Source: Octopus sinensis (Eukaryota). From it: a stretch of DNA of 64,000 bases. The stretch's first letter is position 1, and each line of letters begins with the position of its first letter. Positions 29,201 through 41,725 of the stretch are shown here, one piece after another. The position numbers and the translations under genes were made by a program. The notes under the pieces were generated by a model. It did no database searches, was not told the origin of the DNA, and was given only the letters and a program-made list of their open reading frames with translations. The stretch covers positions 204,848,001 to 204,912,000 of the forward strand of contig NC_042998.1 in the NCBI RefSeq assembly GCF_006345805.1. Reading direction: 5' to 3'.

Positions 29201-31220
29201 GATTTAAGGCCCGCTTCTGAGACTGGAGAGAACAAGCCTGTTGAAGGAAATGGTTTTCAAATCAGTTTCTCTTAATACAAGAACACAAGAGCTGGCTCAT
29301 TCATGAGAAAATAATCATCCGGTTGGAAGAAGAAGGAAACGTTTGTCAATGGAAATACAACTTTGAATTGAATTTGTTTTGCTTTGTTATTTTATGAAAC
29401 GAAAGACACTCAAACATATTTTCCTATTCCAGATCTTGCTGCAGGTAGAAAAGGTAAGACTTTTGCATGCATGGGTCGTTGCCAGTGCCGCATGACTGGC
29501 TCCCCAATAGCTTTCTGTTATCTCCGAGCAGTACCTCTCTTCCAGTCTGCAATTACTGTTGTTGTTAACTGTAAAAGGTCAACGTAGTTTGTCTTTATCT
29601 GTGACAATAAATTCTTCTGTTAACTGTTTGCAGATGGGTATCACTGCTTTGTACGTACATATATACATACATATGTATGTATATATGTATATATATATAC
29701 ATACATACATATCCTCATTCTTCAGCATCTGTAGTCCATGCTGGCATAGGTTGGATGGTTTGACTAGGGCTGGCACGCTGAAAGGTTGTACCAGACTCCA
29801 GTCTGATTTGGCATGGTTTCTACATCTGGACGCCCTTCCTAATGCCAACCACTCTGAGAGTGTAATGGGTGCTTTTACATGCCACCAGCATGGGTGCCAT
29901 TTGTGTGACACCAGAATCTGCCACGACTGCGATTTTACTTGGCTTGATGTAAGCACATAAATGTGAAACAAGGTGGGAAAAAGAGTACTCAAATACCAGA
30001 GGTAGAGTAATATGCTTTATTTAAAAGCAGCAGAAATATAACAAAAGCTGTTACTCAGAGTTTCACATTCCCTTTCGTCAGACAGTTTTATATATATATA
30101 TATATATATACATATATGTGTGTGTGTGTGTGTGTGTAACTTTCAGAAATAAAATCATTTTAACATATAAGCCTGACAACAATCTCTCCCTCAATGAGTT
30201 TTGAAAATATGACTAAAAGGACCAACGCATGTTGATGTTTTAAGACATTTCTCTGTAGAAAGAATTTGATAGTCTTACCTCAAGAACATGGATTAATGCA
30301 ATTCTCAGGGAGGGGTTCTTTTCACACATCACATTTAGGATGCATTCGAGATTACGGCTTATACACAGCGTCTGAAATAAACCAATTTTGACCATTACTC
30401 AAGATGGACAGGAATTATTTACAAGATGTCATTTATTTTAACAACACAAAAAGAAGCACAAATGTTTACCAAAGTTCTTGTAACTCATTCACACGCTCCA
30501 GATTTTCTTCAAGATTATATATCAACGACCATTTACCCACCAACCCTACTTAACTCCTTTTTTTTTTTTAATTACTACTAATCCTCACTAATCACAACCT
30601 TTATTTCACTGCTGTATATCATCAACAACACTGTTTATACATAGTTGAAATATATATGTGTGTATGTATGTGTGTGTGTGTGTGGTGTGTGTAACTTTCA
30701 GAAATAAAATCATTTTAACATATAAGCCTGACAACAATCTCTCCCTCAATGAGTTTTGAAAATATGACTAAAAGGACCAACGCATGTTGATGTTTTAAGA
30801 CATTTCTCTGTAGAAAGAATTTGATAGTCTTACCTCAAGAACATGGATTAATGCAATTCTCAGGGAGGGGTTCTTTTCACACATCACATTTAGGATGCAT
30901 TCGAGATTACGGCTTATACACAGCGTCTGAAATAAACCAATTTTGACCATTACTCAAGATGGACAGGAATTATTTACAAGATGTCATTTATTTTAACAAC
31001 ACAAAAAGAAGCACAAATGTTTACCAAAGTTCTTGTAACTCATTCACACGCTCCAGATTTTCTTCAAGATTATATATCAACGACCATTTACCCACCAACC
31101 CTACTTAACTCCTTTTTTTTTTTTTAATTACTACTAATCCTCACTAATCACAACCTTTATTTCACTGCTGTATATCATCAACAACACTGTTTATACATAG
31201 TTGAAATATATATGTGTGTA

Positions 31221-31279
<59 letters not shown>

Positions 31280-34200
31280 CAGGTCACTTTTGAGTGCTAC
31301 TGGTAACATGTAACCCAGTACAACCTGTTGCATGGTTGGGTCGTCGGCGACTAAACTGGCAACCCCACCAAGCTTGCTTGGTGAGGAGGGTGTTTATTGG
31401 ACACCCTGAGGGATGGAAAACAAAACCCCTCAAAGGGTGGAGGAACTCTTGAGAGTGAACGGCCATCCAATAAATGTCTTAAGGCTGTATCATGTGCGGT
31501 GACATAGAAATAATCGGACTGAATACCCGATCATGCGGTTAAACCATTGGGAGTGAAGGACTCCTAGCCTTTGTTAGGGCATCCTTCTAGGAGAAGGTAA
31601 CTCACTGGGATAACTCCGACATAAAACCTGCGGCTCTGTGGCTACCGATGATGTTGACTTTTTTTCTTTTAGGATTATGACTGCTGTTGCTTAGTGAGTG
31701 GGATTGACTCCGTGCACAGCCTTTCCTCACTTTAAAAAAAATCTTCTTGCACAGGCATTGCACGATAACAACATTGTTCATGATTGTTGATGGTGCTGTG
31801 AGTCTCAACTGAATGGCTGGCTGTAGCCTTAAAAAGCAAATAAAAGTCACATTCGATCACAGCACCAATAACAGTTAAGCTTCGTGCAATAGCCATACTC
31901 GATAACGAGGGGTCAGCCATCATGTATGTATGTATGTATGTGTGTGTGTGTATGTATGTATGTATTGTATGTATGTTTATACATACATACATTCGTACGT
32001 ACATACATACATACGTACATACATACATACATACATACATACATACATACATACATACACACATAATACATACATACATATATTACAAATAAGAAAATGG
32101 AGAAACACGTTAGTTGGTTTATCAGCTTAAGGATATTAGAATGTTGACATATTTATTTAACAAAACGATAAAAATAACAACATACATATATTCATTAAAA
32201 TTCAATACATATAAGATAAGAATACAATTATAAAAACCTTAATATAAATTATATATATATATATATATATAATATATATATAGTCAATGTCACTGCCATC
32301 TGGTTGATGCAACTGTCGCCTGACTGGCTCTCGTGCCGGTGGCACATAAAAGAGCCATTTGAGCATGGTTGATGCCAGTGTTGCCTGACTGGCCCTTGTG
32401 CCAGTGGCATGTAAAAAGCACCCACTACACTCGCAGAGTGGTTGGCATTAGGAAGGGCATCCAGCAGTAGAAACATTGCCAGATCAGACTGGAATCTGGT
32501 GCAGCCTTCTGGCTTCCCAGACCTCAGTCAAACCACCCAACCCATGCCAGCATGGAAAGCGGACATTATATATAGTTTTGTCTGATGTCACTTGGATTCG
32601 GATGGGTTTGTTCAATTTTTTCAATCCTCTCAAATTTAAAATCTCGAAATACTGAGCTGATGAGTGAGAATGATGGTATGAAGATGGGATTTTCGCATTT
32701 TTTCATATCTATCTAACTCCGAAACGCATCCACAGTTAATCAAAATACTGGGTGAATTTCGTTGTTTTTCTCTTTACCTAGGTGGCTTGTTTTTGAGTAT
32801 ATGTTATCTGGGAGATTCTTTTACAGTAGAGAAATAGCTAGGTGTTTGGCTGCTATTTCTAAATTATCGGTATGTGGTGAAGCAATTTTTTGCTGAACCC
32901 TAATTATAATTATACTCATAATTATAAAAAAATTGTTATATATATATATATAAAGAGAGAATCTATATACACACACACCAATACAGAATATGGCAACCCA
33001 TATTGATGTGGAACCGGTGAAGTTAGGCAGATGTTAACAATGTCTTCATACAATTAATGCTTTACCATTTTCTTTTTCAGATTCCATCACAGTTTGAACC
33101 AGGGCACACTGGGCTCCTCATTGAAACATTGATCAAGAGTGAATCTGAAGCTTTTTGCAACATCCTATGAGTGTGTGTGTGTGTGTATGTGTATAAGAGA
33201 GATGTAGTTCGCTTGAAGCAGTGAGTATTGTTTGTAAAAAATAATGTGTATTGAATGGTACAACAATGCATATATACACATATACACATCTAGATAAATT
33301 CATGTGATAAAGTGATTTGTTTTAAAACCAAAATTTCTACAAACCGGGTTCTTCTTTGAACAATGCTCAAGAGCAACTTGAAGTGTTTTCCCCAAGGAAT
33401 AAACATATATCTGAAATTAAAAGAATAATGCAGGTTTAATTACTGGCTAATCTCTGGATTATAATTAACATTGTTAAGACAGTCATTAATACATACAATG
33501 GTTTATCTCCTGGACTCACCTTGGGACACCAGTATTACTGCTTGACAGACGCAACACCCAAGGTAAGGGAGCCCTCCGTCGGTTACGACGATGAGGGTCC
33601 CAGCTGATACGATCAACGGAACAGCCTTCTTGTGGAATTAACGTGCAAGTGGCTGAGCACTCCACAGACACGTGTACCCATAACATAGTTTGCAAGGTGA
33701 TTCAGCATGACACAGAGTGTGACAAGGCTGGCCCTTTGAAATACAAGTACAACAGAAACAGGAAGAAAGAGTGAGAAAAAGTTGTGGTGAAAGAGTACAG
33801 CAGGGTTCACCACCATCCCCTGCCGGAGCCTCGTGGAGCTTTAGGTGTTTTCGCTCAATAAACACTCACAATGCCCAGTCTGGGAATCGAAACCACGATC
33901 CTACGACCGTGAGTCCGCTGCCCTAACCACTGGGCCATTGCACCTCCAAGGTAAACACCCAAGGTAAACACCCCCCTGACACTTTTCTCAACTAAAGGTC
34001 ACACATCGGCTGCACTGGGGCCCATCGAGGTCAGTGACCTGCACCACAAGCTTCACACCAGATAAGAAATCAATCAGTGATGTCCACAGTTCCTTTTCTG
34101 TCAAGTGACTTGCCATAGTTATCACACACACACACACAACTTCATAGATGCCAGCAGAAGCGTTAAATAATCTGGATGACGTCAACAAAAAGATTGCAGG

Positions 34201-37200
34201 AGATGAAGAAGACCTAAAAAATGGTTTAATGATGTGAATAATCACCAGATGGGTCCACCTGACCCATTTGAAAATGTAACACAAACCTTTTCAATGGCAG
34301 CTTCTGATGCTGCAATTCCAGTGTGCATTTCTGGTGCAAAATAAATTGAATTTTTGGGTTGTGATGACTGTGAAAATTGTGTCTTGCCATTGGCACACAG
34401 AAGGAGTGTGTTTGGAGTTATAACGAAACTGGGTCCACCATCTAGTATTGCTTCACCTGCAAATAGAAAACAACAGAAATCCAAAAATAACTGAAATTAT
34501 ATACAATTGACAACATCATCATCATCATTTAACGTCCGTTTTCCATGCTAGCATGGGTTGGACGGTTCGACCGGGGTCTAGGAAGCCAGGAGGCTGCACC
34601 AGGCTCCAGTCTGATCTGGCAGTGTTTCTACAGCTGGATGCCCTTCTTAACGCCAGCACGGAAGCCAGTCAAGACGGCGCCGGCATCAGCCACATATGGA
34701 TGGTGCTTTTTAGGTGCCAACAAAGAAAAATTATCATATTTTTTAATATTATTTTTCACTCTTCTAAATCAAAAAATTTCTCCTACATTTTGCTTTTTGG
34801 ATCCCTTCATAATATTCTAAAGATACTCCTTAGTTTTCTGTTAATTACACAGTGCTTCCACTGTTTACGGCAATGAACTGCACCAACAGATGAGTCTAAA
34901 TCACAGCAAGGTGGCACAGCAATTTTAAGTTAATTTACTTTGCCAGGGATATCACCAGCTGGAACTGTTATTAACGAGAAACATTAATTCACCCTCCTCA
35001 ACCCTTTCTCTCTCTCTCACACACACACACACTCATACAACAAACACACACACACACGCACACACACAGGCCACTTAACACTTTAATAAGCCCAGGTGTA
35101 GAGAGATTAAAAAGTGAAATAATTAATTATGAAACTTAAGAGTCAATTTGGCCCACTTGTCTCAAGAGTAATTCAGTACGAGAACAAGAACAACAACAAA
35201 TTACAGAATCCAGCACAACTCCTTAAACTTCCAATTAGAGTGAAACAAACCAGACGGCCTTCACAACAACATCAACAACAGCAGCATGAGAACATTTTCT
35301 GGTTTAATCAGAATAAAGGTGCAGCAGTGGCTGTGTGGTAAGAAGCTTCCTCCCAACCACATGGTTCCAGGTTCAGTCCCACTGCGTGGCACCTTGAGCA
35401 AGTGTCTTCTACTATAGCCCCAGGCTGATCAAAGCTTTTTTGGGGTGAATTTGGGAGATGGAAACTGAAAGAAGCCTGTCATGTGTGTGTGTGTCTTTGT
35501 TTGTCCTCCACCACCACTTGATGACTGGTGTTGGTGTGTTTACATCCCTATAACTTAGCAGTTCAACAAAAAGAAACTGACAGAATAAATACCAGACTTA
35601 AAAGACAAAGAAAAAAATTAAGTCCTGGGGTCAATTCATTTGACTAAAGTTCTTCAAGGTGGTGCTCCAGCATGGCCATGGTCTAACGAGTGAAACAAGA
35701 AAAAGATAGGTGAAGGATTAATGACCTTTGACCTTCACAAAACATCTCAAGTTGTGAACACATGCCAAATCAATCTTCCAACTCTACCACACACACACAC
35801 ACACACACACTCATACAACAAACACACACACACACGCACACACACAGGCCACTTAACACTTTAATAAGCCCAGGTGTAGAGAGATTAAAAAGTGAAATAA
35901 TTAATTATGAAACTTAAGAGTCAATTTGGCCCACTTGTCTCAAGAGTAATTCAGTACGAGAACAAGAACAACAACAAATTACAGAATCCAGCACAACTCC
36001 TTAAACTTCCAATTAGAGTGAAACAAACCAGACGGCCTTCACAACAACATCAACAACAGCAGCATGAGAACATTTTCTGGTTTAATCAGAATAAAGGTGC
36101 AGCAGTGGCTGTGTGGTAAGAAGCTTCCTCCCAACCACATGGTTCCAGGTTCAGTCCCACTGCGTGGCACCTTGAGCAAGTGTCTTCTACTATAGCCCCA
36201 GGCTGATCAAAGCTTTTTTGGGGTGAATTTGGGAGATGGAAACTGAAAGAAGCCTGTCATGTGTGTGTGTGTCTTTGTTTGTCCTCCACCACCACTTGAT
36301 GACTGGTGTTGGTGTGTTTACATCCCTATAACTTAGCAGTTCAACAAAAAGAAACTGACAGAATAAATACCAGACTTAAAAGACAAAGAAAAAAATTAAG
36401 TCCTGGGGTCAATTCATTTGACTAAAGTTCTTCAAGGTGGTGCTCCAGCATGGCCATGGTCTAACGAGTGAAACAAGAAAAAGATAGGTGAAGGATTAAT
36501 GACCTTTGACCTTCACAAAACATCTCAAGTTGTGAACACATGCCAAATCAATCTTCCAACTCTACCACACACACACACACACACCCACCCACGTGCATCA
36601 AAGGCAAAACAGTCTCCAGTCCCTTCAAACCAACGACTCAACCAATTCCGATTTGTCCTTTTTACAGTCAATCAATAAATTCTACAATTAGACCTTAACA
36701 ATCATTAGACCTTATCAGTCTCCCCCCACACCCCCCACTCCTCTCTCTGTCTCTTTGCAGAGATGCATCCTAACCTTTGGAGACTCACTGCAGCATCTAC
36801 CAATTCCCAAGAAGGGTACCTCACCACCCTTTCACCCTATCACACTTTCCTTCCAATATTCTTTTTTACTCTCGGCACAAGACCTGAAATTTTTTGGCGA
36901 AGGATCCAGTCGATTAGATCGACCCCAGTACGCAACTGGTACTTAATTTATCAACTCCTAAAGAATGAAAGGCAAAGTTGACCTCAGCAGAATTTGAACT
37001 CAGAATGTAGCGGCAGATGAAATGCTTATTTCTTTACTACCCACAAGGGGCTAAACACAGAGGGGACAAACAAAGACAGACAAACGGATTAAGTCGATTA
37101 CATCGACCCCAGTGCTCAACTGGTACTTAATTTATCAACCCCAAAAGGATGAAAGGCAAAGTCGACCTCGGTGGAATTTGAACTCAGAATGTAACGGCAG

Positions 37201-40200
37201 ACGAAATACCGCTGAGCATTTATTCCAGTGTGCTAACCACTCTGCCAGCTCGCTGCCTTCACTTTCTTCCAATATTTCAAAGGTAAAAAAGGTGATAAGA
37301 TGGTACAATTGTTGGCAGGTGGAACAAAACGCTGACGAGCATTTTGTTCATCTATGTTCTGAGTTCAAATTCCACTGAGGTTAACTTTGCCTTTCATCCT
37401 TCCGGGGTCGATGACATAAGTACCAGTTGTACACTGGGGGTTGATGTAATTGAGTAGCACCTCCTCGCAAAATTTCAGGCGTTGTGCTTATCATAACAGA
37501 AAAGATTATTTCAAAGCGAATGAAAAAAGCAAAACTCACCAGCAGCACCATCAACTGTTTAACCCCTCTTTCTATTCTAAATTATCCGAGACCAGTTTTG
37601 AAGCAATCAGAATTAAAACCTTCCATCAAAAACTTCATGATAATTCAAGTTCCAAACAATTAATAGTGACAAAGTTATTTCATTAAGTCCTTCGTTAATT
37701 GAAAGAAAAGCAGTGGATTTCAGCAGGAAAATGGTAATAAAGGGGTTAAATGGGACAATAACAGCATCCAACTTACTGGGTTTTCAAGAGACTGCAAAGC
37801 CTATGAACATTGCCCCTTCCTTCTGATCAAACCAACAGATTAAAAACTCTAAACATGTTCCAGCCTTATTGGACCGTCTCTGTTGATCATAATCTCAACA
37901 GAATTTTTGAACACAAACTTTGGTGAGAAAATAATTCACTAATTGAGCAATTTAAAACATTGGAAAATTTACCTAGAGTGTCTTCTGCAGGAAGAAAATA
38001 TAGTTAAGTAAAGGCAACCAGTTAGTTAATCTCCCTCGCTACTTCAGCCAGTAATTTTCATTAACCACTACCGTAAATCCTCGAGTATAATCCGCATTTT
38101 TTCCCCCAAATTTAAAACTCAAAATCCCCAGTGCGCACTATATACAAGGTTAAAAATGAAAATTATTTTCTAAGCAATGTCCGAGTCTCTATTGCTGTCC
38201 GGCAATGTTTATTCAGACACATTTTGTGATGTCGGGCGCGAAAATACGTTAAGCTAAGCCTGAAAGCAATGAAGTCATAAAAGAATCATCCATAACTTGC
38301 AGTAAGCAACATTTATTAAAATAAAAGTATTCAGAACACAGAATAACATGTAAAAAATAAACAATTTGCAAATATATTTACATTCCCATATAGCAGTTAA
38401 GAACATCACCAATATTGTATTACACATGCACGGAAGTGTTTGATTGACTAGGTGCTGCTGGCTTAATTACACATGACTCAAGTTAGAGAAGGGGTGCATA
38501 TTATACACAAGGTTTAGGTTTTTCAGAGATACAGCCCCCTAAAAATCTCCTGTGTATTATACTCAAGGATTTACGGTAATTAATTTTATTCTCATTGGTT
38601 TTAATTTCAACTCATTAATTATTTGCAATGCACCACATCACATAAGGTAGCTCAAATGTATGGTGATCTGTATCACTAAGTCTGGTAGCTTATACCACAT
38701 TAAGTATGGTGGCCTGTACTATGTTAAGTATGGTGACTTATACCACTTCCAGAAAGTAGAAATAACTACACCCAAAACACTGCTAATAGCTTAAGTGTGA
38801 AATTTAGGATTTCTTGGTTTTCTGTGAATCGATTTTGATAAAACTTTTCCCAGCTGGTCTGTACACTATGGCAACACCATTGTTATGTTTTCATTATTCT
38901 GTGTAACATCCTTTCTTTTTTATTTCAGATTCTTCAGTTTTGGGGTGAACCACACTAATAGCGTCTCTCCTCACTAAGAACAATGGGACATGGAAAAGGC
39001 CTTAATGAAGAAGAAAAGTCTGTTACCAAGGAAAGTGCTAAAGATACCTCTCTTCATGTCATTGCGGAGAAGTTAGCTCATCATGTGGACACAGTTAGAC
39101 AATTCCTAAAGGGCCCTTTGCCAAGGAAGAAATGATCTGATTGTGGGATTTCCAAGACTGTGACAGCTAAGGATTTAAGGAATATTGGCTGCAAGTTACG
39201 TGGGAAACCTGGACAAACAAGCAAAGCCATTTTCTCTGCCTCTGGACTTCCTCATGGACCGAAAACCATCAGAAATCGCATCCTCAGGACCATGGCTTCC
39301 ATGTGAGGACCCCTGAAACTGCCTCCTTTAATGCATCATCACAGGAGTTTGAAGCTTCAATGGGCCCAAAAGTACAGGACTTTAGACATGAGTTGTGTTC
39401 TGTTTACTGACAAAACCAGGGTGACCCCTAACGGACCTGACAGTTGGGCAAATGGTCGGGTCTATTTTGGAGATGAGTCTCACTAATGTTTACAATGTTA
39501 ACAAGAGGGTGGAGAAGTCATGTTGCAGGCTGGTATCATTGGGGACAGACATATTGGCCCAGTCAGGGTGCCTGGAGGGGTTAAAGTGACCGCAATCGCC
39601 TGCTGCAATCTCCTGAAGGATGTCTTGGATTCCTGACTAGATGACATACTGCTGTCACTTCTCAGGAATCTCGTATTCGTGCATGACAATGCTCCCTCAC
39701 ACTCTGCTAGGACCACCCAAACATTACTAGGGTCTTATGGCATACAAGGTGAAAGGTTGATGATGTGGTCGCCAGCATCTCTGGATCTCAACCCCATTGA
39801 AAATCTTTGGTCCATCATCAAACAAGATGTTTATGCTGAAGGATGCCAATTTATGTTGAAAGATGTCTTTTATGGGCAACCATGAAAGCGGCAGCAGAGG
39901 CAGCCCAATCTGCTACAATCAAGAAATTGACAGATTCCACGACTAATAGGGTTTTTTGAAGTTATCCGTCGAAATGGCTCTGATGTGGCTAAATAATTCA
40001 TTATGTCAATAAATGTTATAAACATTATTATGGTTTTTCTGTTAAATATAGACTCAATGTATGCTCAATATGCATCATTACCCTTCATTTTCTGAAAGAA
40101 AAAATGTCTAGATGGGCTACTTTTCATTCAAAAGCTATTAGCGTGGTTCACCCCAAAACTGAAGAATCTGAAATAAAAAAGAAATGACGTTACACAGAAT

Positions 40201-40433
40201 AATGAAAACATAACAATGGTGTTGCCATAGTGTGCAGACCAACTGCGAAAAGCTTTATCAAAATCGATTCACAGAAAACTGAGAAATCTTAAATTTCACT
40301 TCTAAATTATTAGTGTGGATCTGGGTATAAAGTTGGCGGCAAGGACAGTATGTTATGCATGGAACACCTTTGATCAGATGCATCCGTTGGATCAGGATTG
40401 CCTAGGGCTAAACAATACCTACTGCTGCTGCTG

Positions 40434-40466
<33 letters not shown>

Positions 40467-41581
40467 GCATCAAGACTGAGATAGGTTGCTGGTTGTGTGA
40501 TGTCAACCCAGTTACAACTTTGGCTGCCAGTAAAAGATGAGAAACTGTTTCACCAAAAGAGTGGGGGGGGGAGTGTCAAAGGGTGGGTGTGTGGGTGGGT
40601 GTCATAACATTGTAATAATGTCTCTAATTATTTAGTGTTAGTCATGTTTTTAATAGGTGGTGGGGTAGGGTAGGGTGGATGGGTACTCAGTTGCATTTGA
40701 AAACACACCCAGTTTTTGGAAGAACTGGTGTAAACATACATTTGTACATATATACATGTACGGATATGCAAGATGTGTATGTGTGTATACATGTGCTTGA
40801 AGCTTTCATGCATGTATGTATACATGCATACACAAATACCCCCCCCCCACATATATATATATAAATGATGTAATGTATCCAAAGGTGTGTATGTAAATGA
40901 TAGGAAGTGCCTAGGGCAAGAATCAAACAGCACTTAAGAGAGGAAGAGGGAGGAAGCTAGAAGATTGGAACAGCTAGTGGAAAGAAGTATGGTAATTGGA
41001 AACGACTTCTCACTCCGCCCCACCCTTCTCTCCCCCCTCACCCCCCACTTTAAAGGTTCTTTCTGTTTTAATGGGTAGGTTTACAATTACCTGGCATTCT
41101 GCTGCAATGCACGATGCTGTCTGGGGCAGTTTTGAAGAAGGGTTACAGACACAGAGATAGGAGGAAGGCATGGTGGGGTTGGGGTGGGTGGCGGCAGCGG
41201 TGGTGGCTATGAAGAGAAAGAGAGGTAGTATGAGAAAGAATGGAATGAGAGGGAGGAGGAGGAGGAGGAGGAAGAAGAAGAAGAAGAAGAGGAGGAGGAG
41301 GAGGAGGCAGAAGGAGAATTGGACCCGCTGTCTTCAACATTACACCAGGACACGTCAAAACAGAAACTGACCACACAAAATTCAAGAAGTCTTTGGACAA
41401 ATTCCTTCAAACAGTCCCGGACAAACCACCCACACCCGGATATGTCTCCGCAAACAATAACTCTCTGCTCGAATGGGCCTTGGTGCCCAAATCTTGAACT
41501 GAAAGACTTCGCCAGGTGGTGTTAATAAGTTAGACATGGCCTGGGCCGATACTGGCCAAAACCTTTCTAAGTTATTCTAAG

Positions 41582-41630
<49 letters not shown>

Positions 41631-41653
41631 TATATATATATATATATTATATA

Positions 41654-41725
<72 letters not shown>

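Larger units (their letters stand above)
30136..31245. repeat. Tandem duplication, 555-bp period, containing exon 4
   Basis: Two near-identical units (differences seen only in a T-run, 12 vs 13, and the TG tract), bounded by (TG)n. Confidence 0.95.

Noticed and set aside
32655-32760. TGATGA as a possible box C snoRNA, or CTGATGA as a hammerhead core
   Set aside because: No box D with terminal stem, and no stem II followed by GAAA
33988-34284. Minus-strand ORF containing 'LTEKELW', superficially KIND-like, with an AG at 34214
   Set aside because: Wrong phase for exon 2 (phase 0 stops after 16 codons); the true KIND exons are found elsewhere; the + strand weakly resembles a decayed RTE C-terminus ([10 protein letters not shown])
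34938-34963. 26-nt candidate microexon (AACAG|TTCCAG...GGCAAA|GTAAAT)
   Set aside because: Would shift frame between phase-1 exons, has a weak pyrimidine tract, and has no other support
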